DNA from: Patescibacteria group bacterium
Lineage (GTDB): Bacteria > Patescibacteriota > Patescibacteriia > Veblenbacterales > UBA10138
Length of the DNA: 64,000 bases
Assembly (NCBI GenBank): GCA_018817715.1
Contig: JAHITT010000004.1
Location: 125,784 to 189,783 of the forward strand
Reading direction: 5' to 3'
Positions 1-9,836 of this stretch are shown here, one piece after another (the stretch's first letter is position 1; every line of letters begins with the position of its first letter). The notes under the pieces are model-generated. The model was given only the letters and a program-made list of their open reading frames with translations, ran no database searches and was not told where the DNA came from. Made by a program: the position numbers and the translations under genes.

Positions 1-480
1 TTAACAATTCTTTTAGTAGCTGGCGTATTTATGTAATTTTCTTCTACTAAAGGAACTAATAAGGGAGCAGCACAAGCTTGCACTTTAATAGATGCCTGGT
101 TTAACTTTGTTTGATAAGCTTGACTGTTAATAGTCGCCCGCGTTCCCATAATACCCACCTTTTTAAAATTACTTAGCTTAATTTTTTCCACTACTGGACT
201 AATTACTTCAAAAATTGGTACCTTAGGCCAAGTTTGCCTAATTTCCTCTATCCCCACTGCTGAAACAGTATTACAAGCCACTACCAAAACAGTAGCTCCT
301 TTTTCTAATAAAAACTTAGAAGCTTCCAAGCCATAGCCTTTAACTACCTGGGCACTTTTATTACCATAAGGTGTCCGGGCCGTATCACCAAAATAAACTA
401 AAGAAACATCGGGCAATAAACGTTGTAAAGCCCGTACCACTGTTAAACCACCAATACCAGAATCAAATAAACCAATCATA
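1..480 (-). CDS. murI: Glutamate racemase MurI, partial (the C-terminus lies beyond the window start).
   Basis: The reverse-strand translation starts MIGLFDSGIGGLTVVRAL... and contains ...VVACNTVSAV. The DSGxGG and ACNT motifs are diagnostic of Asp/Glu racemases. The ATG is at 478-480. Confidence 0.7.
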
Positions 481-482
481 AT

Positions 483-1814
483 TTATAAAATCTCTTTAAC
501 AAAATCTACTACTTCTTTTTTCTTCTCAACCAACAACTGTTCAGTATCGGCTTCTATAGTAATCCTTAAAAGCGGTTCTGTATTAGAAGGGCGCATATTG
601 CACCACCAATCATCATAAGATACTGTTACGCCGTCTAATTCCTCTATAGTAGCTAAGTGATATTTCTTTTTAAACTCTTGTAAAACAAATTGGGTATTAC
701 TGACTGCTAAATTAATTTCTGGAGATTTGGCATATGGTTTGTACTCTTTAACTAAAAGGGACAAGGGTTTATCTTCCAACGATAACAATTCTAAAATCAA
801 TAAAGCGGCAATAAATCCCGAATCAGCATAAAAATTATCTTTAAAAGAATAATGAGCTGACAATTCTCCACCCATTACCCCTTGCTGTTCTTTCATAGCT
901 GTACCGACATTCACATAACCAACCGCACTGCGAATTGGTCGACCTCCCCATTTGGCTATAAACTCCGGCACGGCCCGAGAACAAATCAAATTATAAGCTA
1001 TACCCGCACCAGGTTGACGATTAATAAACTGTTTGGCTAGTAAAAGCAAGGTTACATCGGCTGGCACAAAATTACCCAACTCATCAATTAAAAAAACCCT
1101 GTCCGTGTCACCATCAAACATTATTCCTAAATCAGCCTGACTAGCCAATACCTTGGCCTTAGCTTCGTCGGCTGCACCTGGCATTAAAGGATTAGACGGG
1201 CGGTTAGGAAAAGAACCATCCAACTCAAAAAATAACGACTCTACTCGGCAGGGTAAATTCTTCATCAATAAAGGTATAACCTTACCAGCTAAACCATTAC
1301 CAGCATCGATTACTATTTTTAAAGGTTTTAATTTATTTATATCAATAAAGGACCAAACATGTTCTAAATATTCTGGCCAAATATTTCGCTGATTAAAACT
1401 ACCAGATGTTCTAGCTGGCTTTCTTTCTGCTACCAATTTTTTTAAATCCCGCCCTCTTATCCAACTAACTCCCTGACCAACCACTTTAAAACCGTTATAA
1501 TCAGCTGGATTATGTGATGCTGTTACCATAACACCAGCTTGGTAACCATAAGTACCGACAGCAAAATAAACCGCATCAATTGGCACCATTTCTAAATCAT
1601 CTACCTCTAGGCCACCAGCTATTAAACCTTTTATCAAAGCTTCGTGCAATTGAGGCGATGATAACCTCATATCCCGACCTACTACCACCCGGCCAGTTTT
1701 AACTAAATTAGCTATGGCTAATCCAATCGCTTCAGCCGCTGCTTCGTTTATTTCTGAAGGGTAAAGACCTCTAACATCATAGGATTTAAAAATGGTTTCT
1801 GACCACTGTGACAT
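483..1814 (-). CDS. Phosphohexomutase of the phosphoglucomutase/phosphomannomutase family, possibly GlmM.
   Basis: 443 aa with the active-site motif TASHNPADYNGFK, which carries the phosphoserine loop, and an alpha-D-phosphohexomutase domain order. Confidence 0.75.
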   Translation of the reverse strand: MSQWSETIFKSYDVRGLYPSEINEAAAEAIGLAIANLVKTGRVVVGRDMRLSSPQLHEALIKGLIAGGLEVDDLEMVPIDAVYFAVGTYGYQAGVMVTASHNPADYNGFKVVGQGVSWIRGRDLKKLVAERKPARTSGSFNQRNIWPEYLEHVWSFIDINKLKPLKIVIDAGNGLAGKVIPLLMKNLPCRVESLFFELDGSFPNRPSNPLMPGAADEAKAKVLASQADLGIMFDGDTDRVFLIDELGNFVPADVTLLLLAKQFINRQPGAGIAYNLICSRAVPEFIAKWGGRPIRSAVGYVNVGTAMKEQQGVMGGELSAHYSFKDNFYADSGFIAALLILELLSLEDKPLSLLVKEYKPYAKSPEINLAVSNTQFVLQEFKKKYHLATIEELDGVTVSYDDWWCNMRPSNTEPLLRITIEADTEQLLVEKKKEVVDFVKEIL

Positions 1815-1821
1815 AAATTAA

Positions 1822-2973
1822 CTATTTATTAAAACTTAAACGAACTATCTGCCACAAAGCTCCCCAAACGGCCAAAGCGGCCAAAATAACAAAAACCATA
1901 CCTAAATAAGGTACTTGGGCAATTATTTCATATAAAATAATACCGACAAAAAGCAGCACTAAACCCGGCCATTTACCAAAAAATTTACTAAACAAGCCAT
2001 TGATTTTTAATAAATTAATCAAAACTAAACCAGCTAAAACCGGCACAACAATAAAACCAGCAATATAAAAAATTACCAGCAAGACAGCCAGTGGCCAACC
2101 GATTACTGTGATTAAAAAAATTATAGATAACAAAGGAACAAAAACTGCCCAAACCGCTCCCCAACCCAAACTAACCCACGGTCTTTTTATAATAACCTCA
2201 GCTGTGGCTTGCAAAGTTTTTGGCCACCAACTAAACAACACCATACCTAAAACCAAGGCGCTAAAAATTGCCACCAGCCAATTCCACCAAACGGCTGGTT
2301 TAGCAGAATTTTTTTCTGAGATTGGTATAAACTGTAAAGGGTAACTTAATTGGGCACCTTCAGCTATAACAGCTTGGTTATAGCTATGATAAGTAATTTG
2401 ATCGGCCATTACCGCTCCGGAACTTATTTTAAATTGACCATCTTTACCTAACCAATATTCAGCCGGACCTTTAACAATACCTGATAAATTAATTAAACCG
2501 CCAGCCGCTTTAACACTACCTTCTATTGTGCCAGCCATTTCCAAAGTACCAGCGGCAGCTGTTAAGTGTCCCAAAACTACACTGCCCGGCATTAACCTTA
2601 AAGTACCAGCCCCAGCCAAAACATTTTTAGACACTTGACTAGAAATTTCCACTGTACCACCCACCACTCTTACATTACCCTGTACCGGACCTTGTATTCT
2701 AACATTGCCACCAGCCACCAACACATCCCCACCTACTGGACCCAAAATTTCTACTGTACCACCAAAAACAAAAACATCGCTTAGCACTTGACCAATTACC
2801 TCCACAGTGGAACCTGTAACATAATAATTACCATTAACAATCTCGGTTGCCCCCAATTGATCCGAAGAGTTATCGGCCGAAACAGATTGAGTCAAAACAA
2901 AAAATAAACCTATAAAAAAAATACCGCAAATAAACACTTTAAAACCTTTTATCATAAAAAATAATTCTAACAA
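1822..2973 (-). CDS. Membrane protein with an N-terminal signal/TM, a bactofilin-like beta-helical repeat region and a C-terminal polytopic domain.
   Basis: 383 aa. The central region has repeated G-x-V-x-I/V-x-G-x-V units (GNVRIQGPVQGNVRVVGGTVEI...). The C-terminal half has about 5 hydrophobic helices. Confidence 0.4.
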   Translation of the reverse strand: MLELFFMIKGFKVFICGIFFIGLFFVLTQSVSADNSSDQLGATEIVNGNYYVTGSTVEVIGQVLSDVFVFGGTVEILGPVGGDVLVAGGNVRIQGPVQGNVRVVGGTVEISSQVSKNVLAGAGTLRLMPGSVVLGHLTAAAGTLEMAGTIEGSVKAAGGLINLSGIVKGPAEYWLGKDGQFKISSGAVMADQITYHSYNQAVIAEGAQLSYPLQFIPISEKNSAKPAVWWNWLVAIFSALVLGMVLFSWWPKTLQATAEVIIKRPWVSLGWGAVWAVFVPLLSIIFLITVIGWPLAVLLVIFYIAGFIVVPVLAGLVLINLLKINGLFSKFFGKWPGLVLLFVGIILYEIIAQVPYLGMVFVILAALAVWGALWQIVRLSFNK

Positions 2974-3013
2974 TTATAACATCATTATAATGCTTTAAAC
3001 CGACTTTAACAAG

Positions 3014-3043
3014 TAAAAAAGCCTCACTTAGGTGAGGCTTTTG
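3014..3043 (-). terminator. Rho-independent terminator for the 3061..4401 gene; hairpin plus T-run, bidirectional in shape.
   Basis: The sequence aaaaaagcctcac-tta-ggtgaggctttt forms a perfect 8-bp stem flanked by A- and T-runs. Confidence 0.6.
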
Positions 3044-3060
3044 GATTATTCTTTTTTAAT

Positions 3061-4401
3061 CTAATCAAAAATAACTGTTGATAAATAAGTATTTCGAGCG
3101 CCATGAACTAAAGGTGTGCCACGAGCCATAACCTCTAATCCGGCTAACCGCCCATTAAACAAAAAAGCTCCGTACTTGGTAAAAAGCTCTGCTTCACTTG
3201 GTTTACCGGCCTTATCCGCTAAAACTACTTTTTCTTTAACCGGTTCGTATTTTTGTACTACACTGCCAATCATCTCAGGCTGACTAAAAATACTATTCCA
3301 GTTTTTTTGACTGACGAACTCACCAATTATTATACCTCGACCACTAGAACCTGCTGGCGATTTTAAAATCCACTCTTGCCTTATTAATTGGCTAAAGTGT
3401 TTAGTCTCTTGGGTAAACATTATCAAACCACCTGACCGCAACAAACCTACTTCACAACAACTATCTACTAACAATTGATAATCAAATCCTAAATCTTCTT
3501 TAAACAAACTTCCTAATAAAAAATGTTGCCAAGCAAAAAACCATTTTTTATTACCAATAAAACGTCGACCTAAGGGACTTATTAAACATATCTTATGACG
3601 AGGCAACTGCAATAAATCATTATACCAACTATGCCCTTGTTTAATTCTACCTCTTAACAAACAATTATAACCAAGACCTATAAAATCAAACCAACCAGTA
3701 AAAATATCAACCCCCTCTACCCATGATTGATCCAGAAGAACTTTTTTTAAATTAACAAAATTATGCCAATCACCAGCCACGGAATCTAACAATATAGCAA
3801 TCTTAGCTGATCGTTGATAATTATTCTGATTACTCCAAGATAAATAAGCAGCCTTAAAAGTACTAACAAATTCCTCCTTAAGACAGAATTGATGGTGGTC
3901 CCCAGATCGTCCATAGGCTTCACTCAAAATAATATTATCACCTACCCCAGCTGGTCTGGTTGAATTTATATCTACCACTTTAAATCCTTGAGTAGTCCTT
4001 ATTAAATCCAGACGGATAAAGGGAGACAAAGGTTGATTATAGCCAGCATCCAGTAAACAATCTTCTTCTTCGCCAGATAATATTCCATCTAATCCATAAA
4101 TTTCCAGACTATTATCAGTTAACCAGCCAGCTTGAGCTAAATCTAACTGGCGGGTAATAATCTTAGGCCATAATTTAGCTAACCCTTCAAGTTGTTCAAC
4201 TTCTTTCATTTTTAATTTTATTGGACAAAGCAAGGGTTGAATTAACTCATCTACATACTTTCTTCCTTTTACATGGACCTCTTTGAATAAAGATGGATAT
4301 TTAGCACCGGATCGGTGGCTTAATAATTGCCAATCTACAAAAGGATAACGATAAGTTAAACCACTATTAAATAATTCGATAAATTTGTTTTTGTTTAACA
4401 T
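3061..4401 (-). CDS. Hypothetical protein, possibly an ATP-grasp-like ligase (weak).
   Basis: A 446-aa ORF immediately upstream of, and co-oriented with, the AstE/AspA-like gene. No unambiguous motif was recognised. Confidence 0.3.
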   Translation of the reverse strand: MLNKNKFIELFNSGLTYRYPFVDWQLLSHRSGAKYPSLFKEVHVKGRKYVDELIQPLLCPIKLKMKEVEQLEGLAKLWPKIITRQLDLAQAGWLTDNSLEIYGLDGILSGEEEDCLLDAGYNQPLSPFIRLDLIRTTQGFKVVDINSTRPAGVGDNIILSEAYGRSGDHHQFCLKEEFVSTFKAAYLSWSNQNNYQRSAKIAILLDSVAGDWHNFVNLKKVLLDQSWVEGVDIFTGWFDFIGLGYNCLLRGRIKQGHSWYNDLLQLPRHKICLISPLGRRFIGNKKWFFAWQHFLLGSLFKEDLGFDYQLLVDSCCEVGLLRSGGLIMFTQETKHFSQLIRQEWILKSPAGSSGRGIIIGEFVSQKNWNSIFSQPEMIGSVVQKYEPVKEKVVLADKAGKPSEAELFTKYGAFLFNGRLAGLEVMARGTPLVHGARNTYLSTVIFD

Positions 4402-4417
4402 TTTAAACTCCTATTTT

Positions 4418-5368
4418 TTATTTTAGATATCCTATTTTCTTACCAATCGTAGCAACTTTTTTACCAGCCATTATAAACCCGGGATAGGCAATAGTTAATA
4501 AAACACCAGGTAAGCCCCGCAAGGATTTTTTCTTAAAATCAACTAAACTAACTTGATCTCCTATTTTATCCGCGCTCTTCAATTTATCCAGCGGTTCTTT
4601 TGTTGGCCAAAACCAACCATTAACCTTCATTCTAATCAGCCGGCTAGTATATACTGAAATTGATCGCTTTACTGTCACACATTTTAAAAGGTCAACAGTT
4701 AACAAACCATAAAATTCAAAAACCACTAAAAACCTTTCCAACAAAGAATTCAAAAAACCTTCTGTCAAAACTATTGGCGGTGGTAATTCCAAAGCGATAG
4801 CCAATTTATTCTGTTGACCCAACCAAACAGTCAAGGCGCCAGCCTGTTCCTTATCGGATGATTGGCTAGAATTTATATACCAGATTAATTCTGGATCGAA
4901 CAATCTTAATACTTGCTTGGCTTTATCCTCCACTAACCGATTACTTTTAACCATCACTCCAGTAAAAACCGACCGACGACTGGTAAAGTTATGCAAATCA
5001 ATAACTAACTCTGCTGACTGACATTCTTTAGCTACCACATAAGCTATTTTGGTAGCACGATTATCTTGATTACCAGGGTACTGACGATTAATATCCAAAC
5101 CAGTAAAAGGCTCCTGCCTTTGTTTTTTTAATAAGCCTAAAACATTTACTGCTGGTAAAATAACCAAAGAACCCTTTAATAAAGGAAACTGCCGAAAATA
5201 ACAGAGCAATTTTTCTAACAGAAAAAAGGAAGAAACTTCGGCACCGTGCTGAAGCGCAATAATAACTATTTTAGGGCCTGGCTGTCCGGAAATAATCCGC
5301 CAACGCTGTAAATAAAACAAATTATCATTTGTTTTATTTACCTTAATATAATCTTTTAGAATTTTCAT
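4418..5368 (-). CDS. Zinc hydrolase of the succinylglutamate desuccinylase/aspartoacylase (AstE/AspA, M14-like) family.
   Basis: 316 aa carrying the family motifs in order: IVIIALQHGAEVSS (HGxE), GLDINRQYPG (DxNR) and VIDLHNF (DLH). Confidence 0.55.
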   Translation of the reverse strand: MKILKDYIKVNKTNDNLFYLQRWRIISGQPGPKIVIIALQHGAEVSSFFLLEKLLCYFRQFPLLKGSLVILPAVNVLGLLKKQRQEPFTGLDINRQYPGNQDNRATKIAYVVAKECQSAELVIDLHNFTSRRSVFTGVMVKSNRLVEDKAKQVLRLFDPELIWYINSSQSSDKEQAGALTVWLGQQNKLAIALELPPPIVLTEGFLNSLLERFLVVFEFYGLLTVDLLKCVTVKRSISVYTSRLIRMKVNGWFWPTKEPLDKLKSADKIGDQVSLVDFKKKSLRGLPGVLLTIAYPGFIMAGKKVATIGKKIGYLK

Positions 5369-5533
5369 AAAATAAAAAATTAACTATCCAAGCGGGTATG
5401 TTTTACCCGCTTGGCCTATAAGTGTGGACCTTGACCACCTAGGGAAAACCCTTGGCGTCCTTTTGTTTTTGGCATTAGTTCCTCCGTTTATTTTTTCCCC
5501 GATTAGGCCGGGGTAGCCCTTTAAATTTTTAAA

Positions 5534-5562
5534 GAACAAAAAACCCTCTCAGCGAGAGGGGT
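5534..5562 (-). terminator. Rho-independent terminator of the yerC-like gene.
   Basis: ccctctc-agc-gagaggg forms a 7-bp perfect stem. On the minus strand it is followed by TTTTTTGTTC. Confidence 0.65.
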
Positions 5563-5585
5563 AAAAAGATTAAAACAAAAACTAC

Positions 5586-5945
5586 TTACCTCTCCCGACG
5601 AGACAAAATAGTGTGATGGTTAGCCTTTGTTAAACGATCCAAAACTAATTGATAACCGCCCATACCCCGACGAAGCCAAGTAGCCACCCGGCCTACCGTG
5701 GTAGTGCTCATACCTAATTTATCAGCCACCTGCCGATAATCTACGTCTTTAGCTAATAATTTAGCTGCCTGCCATCTATCAGTCATATCAATCAATTCTT
5801 CGGGCGTGCATAAATCCCTAAAAAAACGTTTAGCTTCCTCGGTTGTTTTAAGACTAGTAATAGCCTTAAAAAGATCCTGACTATTTAAATTGTTCCAAGT
5901 TTTATTCTTTTTCATATCTTTAAAAATTATTCTTAAAAATTCCAC
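5586..5945 (-). CDS. TrpR-like protein of the YerC/YecD family, a helix-turn-helix regulator-like protein.
   Basis: 119 aa containing ...RWQAAKLLAKDVDYRQVADKLGMSTTTVGRVATWL..., typical of the YerC/YecD TrpR-like family. Confidence 0.6.
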   Translation of the reverse strand: MEFLRIIFKDMKKNKTWNNLNSQDLFKAITSLKTTEEAKRFFRDLCTPEELIDMTDRWQAAKLLAKDVDYRQVADKLGMSTTTVGRVATWLRRGMGGYQLVLDRLTKANHHTILSRRER

Positions 5946-6083
5946 CTTATTTTTTGTACCAATGTATTAACACATTAACACATAAAAAATACTGGGTCAA
6001 ATAGTAAAATTGTGGATAACTTTTCTACACTATCCCTTAAACAAAAAATAGACAAAAATACTAAGTAAAGCTAACATAAAGCC

Positions 6084-7376
6084 ATGCTAGAATACCTCTC
6101 TTCTCAAGATAAACCCATGGCTGATTTAATAAAATCAGAACTTGCTAGACAGCAAGCTGATTTACAAATGATACCATCAGAAAACTTTACTTCACTAGCT
6201 GTTATGGAAGCTTTAGGCTCTGTTTTAACTAACAAATATTCCGAAGGCTATCCGGGAAAACGTTACTATGGCGGCAACCACTATATTGACCAAATAGAAA
6301 ATTTAGCCAGACAAAGAGCTTGTCAATTATTTGGCGTACAACACGCCAATGTCCAAGCTTACTCTGGTTCACCAGCTAATCAAGCAGTTTATTTTGCCTT
6401 ACTTAAACCGGGCGACAAAGTAATGGGTTTAGAGCTTAATCAGGGAGGACATTTAACCCATGGTTATAAACTAAATTTCTCGGGAAAATACTATAAACCT
6501 TTAGGCTACAACCTTAACCCACAAACTCACTTATTGGATTATGATTTAATTAGGCAAGCTGCCCTAACTTATAAACCTAAATTAATAGTCTGTGGGGCCA
6601 CAGCTTATCCCAGACAAATAGACTTTGCCGCTTTTAGAAAAATTGCTGATGAAGTTAAAGCTTACTTACTGGCTGATGTTTCCCATATTAGCGGCCTTAT
6701 TATTAGTGGTGATCACCCCTCACCCGTACCTTATGCCGATGTAGTAATGACTACTACCCACAAAACACTACGTGGGCCACGAGGTGCTTTAATATTAATA
6801 CCTAACAAGCAAGATCGCTGGCACGACTTATATAGACCTAAAAGTAAAAAAAATTTAGCCGAACTGATAGATTCAGCTATTATCCCCGGCCTACAAGGTG
6901 GGCCTCATAATCAACAAACCGCTGCCATTGCTGTAGCCCTACAAGAAGCTTTATTGCCTGATTTCCAAAATTATGGTCACCAAATAGTTAAAAATGCCCA
7001 AGCGCTGGCTAATAGTTTAATTAAAAACGGTTTAGAGTTAATTACCGGCGGGACAGATAATCACCTAATCCTAATTAATCTTAATAACCAAGGTTTAACT
7101 GGTCAACAAGCCGAAACAGTGCTTGATTCAGTGGGTATTACTGTTAATAAAAACTTAATACCTTATGACTCTAGATCTCCTTTAGACCCTTCAGGCATAC
7201 GTTTAGGCACACCCGCCCTAACTAGTCGTGGTTTTAAAGAGTTAGAAATGACCACTATTGGCTATTTAATAAGCCAAACTTTAAAAAGCTGGCAAAATGA
7301 ATCTTCTCTTACAATTATTAAAAAACAAGTAAAAGAATTAAGTACTCAGTTCCCGCTCTACCCAGAGCTTAAATAA
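6084..7376 (+). CDS. glyA: Serine hydroxymethyltransferase.
   Basis: It contains the PLP-lysine motif TTTHKTLRGPRG and is similar to SHMT along its full length. An alternative start at 6117 (MADLIKSEL...) is possible. Confidence 0.9.
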   Translation: MLEYLSSQDKPMADLIKSELARQQADLQMIPSENFTSLAVMEALGSVLTNKYSEGYPGKRYYGGNHYIDQIENLARQRACQLFGVQHANVQAYSGSPANQAVYFALLKPGDKVMGLELNQGGHLTHGYKLNFSGKYYKPLGYNLNPQTHLLDYDLIRQAALTYKPKLIVCGATAYPRQIDFAAFRKIADEVKAYLLADVSHISGLIISGDHPSPVPYADVVMTTTHKTLRGPRGALILIPNKQDRWHDLYRPKSKKNLAELIDSAIIPGLQGGPHNQQTAAIAVALQEALLPDFQNYGHQIVKNAQALANSLIKNGLELITGGTDNHLILINLNNQGLTGQQAETVLDSVGITVNKNLIPYDSRSPLDPSGIRLGTPALTSRGFKELEMTTIGYLISQTLKSWQNESSLTIIKKQVKELSTQFPLYPELK

Positions 7377-7378
7377 AT

Positions 7379-8215
7379 ATGACCTTCTGTCTGGATGGAA
7401 AAAAACTGGCTAATAATCTATTAAAAGAACTAAGCCAGCAGGTTAGTCAGCTACCCCGGCCACCACATTTGGCCGTTTTATTAATAGGCGACGACCCAGC
7501 TTCTCATCTTTATGTTAATTTAAAAGCTAAAGCCGCTACCAAAACTGGTCTTAGAGTAACCAAGGTTATGTTACCAACCAAAACAAACCAACCAACTTTA
7601 CTTAAACTTATACAAGATTTTAATCAACAACCTGATATCGATGCCATCTTAGTTCAATTACCCCTACCTAAACATCTGGATGAATCAATCATCATCCAAA
7701 CTATTAAGCCCTCTAAAGATGCTGATGGTTTTCAGCCAATAAATATTCAAAAATTTCTAAACGGTCAAAACCAATTTATACCGGGTTTGATAGAAGGTAT
7801 AATTAAATTAATCAACCTAAGCAAAAAAAACTTAAACGGCGGGCAAGCCTGTTTATTAGTCAACAGTCCCCAATTCGGCCAACCCTTGGAAAAAGCCTTA
7901 ATTAATATGGGTTTAAAAGTCAATCTACTAAAAAATAAAACTGATAATATTTTAGCCCAAGCTGATTTAGTAATTAGCGCCCTGGGCCAACCACATTACT
8001 TAACAATTAATGATTTTAAAGACGAAGCCATAATTATTGATGTCGGCACTACTAAAATAAATAGTCATCTTCTAGGTGATGTTGACCCCAACAACCCTTT
8101 AAACAAACCAATCTTTCTAACTCCCGTACCAGGTGGCGTTGGCCCAGTAACAGTAGCCATGCTTTTATGGAGTGTTTATCGACTGACTATAAAAAACCTT
8201 TCTTCAAACATTTAA
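7379..8215 (+). CDS. folD: Bifunctional methylene-tetrahydrofolate dehydrogenase/methenyl-tetrahydrofolate cyclohydrolase.
   Basis: 278 aa with the motifs ILVQLPLPKHLDE and PVPGGVGPVTVAMLL. It directly follows glyA. Confidence 0.85.
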   Translation: MTFCLDGKKLANNLLKELSQQVSQLPRPPHLAVLLIGDDPASHLYVNLKAKAATKTGLRVTKVMLPTKTNQPTLLKLIQDFNQQPDIDAILVQLPLPKHLDESIIIQTIKPSKDADGFQPINIQKFLNGQNQFIPGLIEGIIKLINLSKKNLNGGQACLLVNSPQFGQPLEKALINMGLKVNLLKNKTDNILAQADLVISALGQPHYLTINDFKDEAIIIDVGTTKINSHLLGDVDPNNPLNKPIFLTPVPGGVGPVTVAMLLWSVYRLTIKNLSSNI

Positions 8216-8223
8216 ACCTCTAA

Positions 8224-8610
8224 CTACTTAGAAATAGAGGCTAGTGATTTAAAAAATAATTTAGCTGCTTTAATATCGGCTTGGATTATTTTTTTTAAAT
8301 TAGCTTTATTTGTTATAACAACCAAATCTCGCATTTTATCAAATAATTCGATAGTCAATTTCTCACCATATAAATTACCTTGCCAATCCAACAAATAAAC
8401 TTCCAAACGTGGCTGACCAGTTGCCTCTTTGTAAACACCACTAACTAAAATAGCCTCATATTTTAAACCAGTGGACCGTTTAACACGACAGGCGTAAATT
8501 CCCGGTTTTGGTCGAACCGTTTTAACAAATAATTTTAAATTAGCTGTAGGATAACCCAACTTTCTACCCTCTTTAAAACCCGGTACCACCAAACCCTTAA
8601 TTAGCTTCAT
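8224..8610 (-). CDS. Riboflavin kinase (monofunctional, RibF C-terminal-domain type).
   Basis: 128 aa with the motif GRKLGYPTANL, the flavokinase GxPTANL signature. Confidence 0.65.
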   Translation of the reverse strand: MKLIKGLVVPGFKEGRKLGYPTANLKLFVKTVRPKPGIYACRVKRSTGLKYEAILVSGVYKEATGQPRLEVYLLDWQGNLYGEKLTIELFDKMRDLVVITNKANLKKIIQADIKAAKLFFKSLASISK

Positions 8611-9184
8611 AATTCTTCTTAATAGCCAAATCGTAATTTATTTCTTCCAATCTGATTAAATGACGTTTAGCTTGATCAAATTTACTTCTTAAGGGTCCAG
8701 TTAAATTAAATTCCGCCAACCAGCCAGTTAAATTCGTGGCTAAAATTTGTAAAGATTTTACCTCGGCAACTTTTGATTGAGCGGCATACTTAACAGCTAA
8801 ACGAACGGTTTCCCCAATTGCATCACTTACAGCACCTAAATAAATTTCCGGAGAAATATTAAACTGCGGCAAAGACGAAATAGGTTGGTGTTTAAGTATA
8901 TCCAAAAATAATTTAGCCTCCACATATTCTTCCAAAGCCGCTCGATAAACTCCTAAATTTTCTAAATCTTGAAATTTTTTAAAGATTGGCTGAATTTTTT
9001 TTAAATAACCAGTCGCCTTAGTTAATAAACTAACAGACAAAGCCAAATCCCCGCGCTGAGCAACAAAAATAGACTGCTTGCTTAAATGCTGGGCTTCGCT
9101 AGCCAAACCGGTTAACCAACGCCTTTTAATTTGAGTTCTTTGATAATTCGTTTTTAATTTTTTAAAAAATCTTTTATCTATCAT
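8597..9184 (-). CDS. Hypothetical all-alpha protein.
   Basis: A 195-aa ORF that overlaps the riboflavin kinase start by 14 nt. No motif was recognised. Confidence 0.3.
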   Translation of the reverse strand: MIDKRFFKKLKTNYQRTQIKRRWLTGLASEAQHLSKQSIFVAQRGDLALSVSLLTKATGYLKKIQPIFKKFQDLENLGVYRAALEEYVEAKLFLDILKHQPISSLPQFNISPEIYLGAVSDAIGETVRLAVKYAAQSKVAEVKSLQILATNLTGWLAEFNLTGPLRSKFDQAKRHLIRLEEINYDLAIKKNYEAN

Positions 9185-9272
9185 GATAATATTTGTTAAT
9201 TATAAATTTACCCAATAATCTAGCAATTGCCAGCTACTTTATTTGCTGACATCTAAATGATATACTAATTAT

Positions 9273-9782
9273 ATGCCTATTAACCTTAATTTGGAACCCC
9301 AGACTAATCTGGGTACCGAACAAATCAGTTGGTCTTTTAAAGAATTTAACCCTATTATACGTAGCCGACGTTGGTGGTGGTTAGCCGGCGTTATCAGCCT
9401 GCTACTGCTCTTATACGCCGTTTTAACAGGTAATTTCTTATTTGCCTTAATACTCCTAATGGGCGCTATTTTATTCGTTAATGAAACCAAAAGGCAACCT
9501 CGCCATTTAAAATGCCAAATAACTAACAAGGGTTTAGCGGTTGGTAAAAAATTTTGGCGTTGGTCGGAACTAAATGAATTTTGGATAGCTTATCAACCAC
9601 CAACTATAGACAACCTTTATGTCTTACCAAAAAATCTCTTTGATCCCAGATTGTCTATACCCTTAAACAAAACCAATCCTTTAAAAGTCCGAACTGAACT
9701 TAAAAAATTTTTAAACGAAGATTTATCTAAAGAAGACGAACCAACCTCTGAAGCCTTGGCCAAACTCCTTAAATTACAATAA
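9273..9782 (+). CDS. Hypothetical membrane protein with 2 TM helices.
   Basis: 169 aa. A WWWLAGVISLLLLLYAVLTGNFLFALILLMGAILFV hydrophobic hairpin is followed by a terminator hairpin at 9806..9836. Confidence 0.35.
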   Translation: MPINLNLEPQTNLGTEQISWSFKEFNPIIRSRRWWWLAGVISLLLLLYAVLTGNFLFALILLMGAILFVNETKRQPRHLKCQITNKGLAVGKKFWRWSELNEFWIAYQPPTIDNLYVLPKNLFDPRLSIPLNKTNPLKVRTELKKFLNEDLSKEDEPTSEALAKLLKLQ

Positions 9783-9805
9783 TCCTAAAACCTTGATTTT
9801 TCCCC

Positions 9806-9836
9806 AAGCTTCACCTATACTGGTGAAGCTTTTAGT
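9806..9836 (+). terminator. Rho-independent terminator.
   Basis: aagcttcacc-tatact-ggtgaagctt forms a 10-bp perfect stem and is followed by TTAGTTG. Confidence 0.55.

Noticed and set aside
1153-1392. A 79-aa plus-strand ORF inside the phosphohexomutase gene.
   Set aside because: It is a shadow ORF antisense to a well-supported CDS.
5418-5533. SRP (4.5S) or 6S RNA identity for the terminator-bracketed element.
   Set aside because: No convincing domain-IV GGAA/AGCAGC motif or 6S central bubble could be identified by eye. It is kept only as a generic candidate sRNA/micro-ORF.
9269-9529. An 86-aa minus-strand ORF overlapping the start of the 9273..9782 membrane protein.
   Set aside because: It is antisense to a better ORF and sits in the divergent promoter region. 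It has no RBS and no motif.
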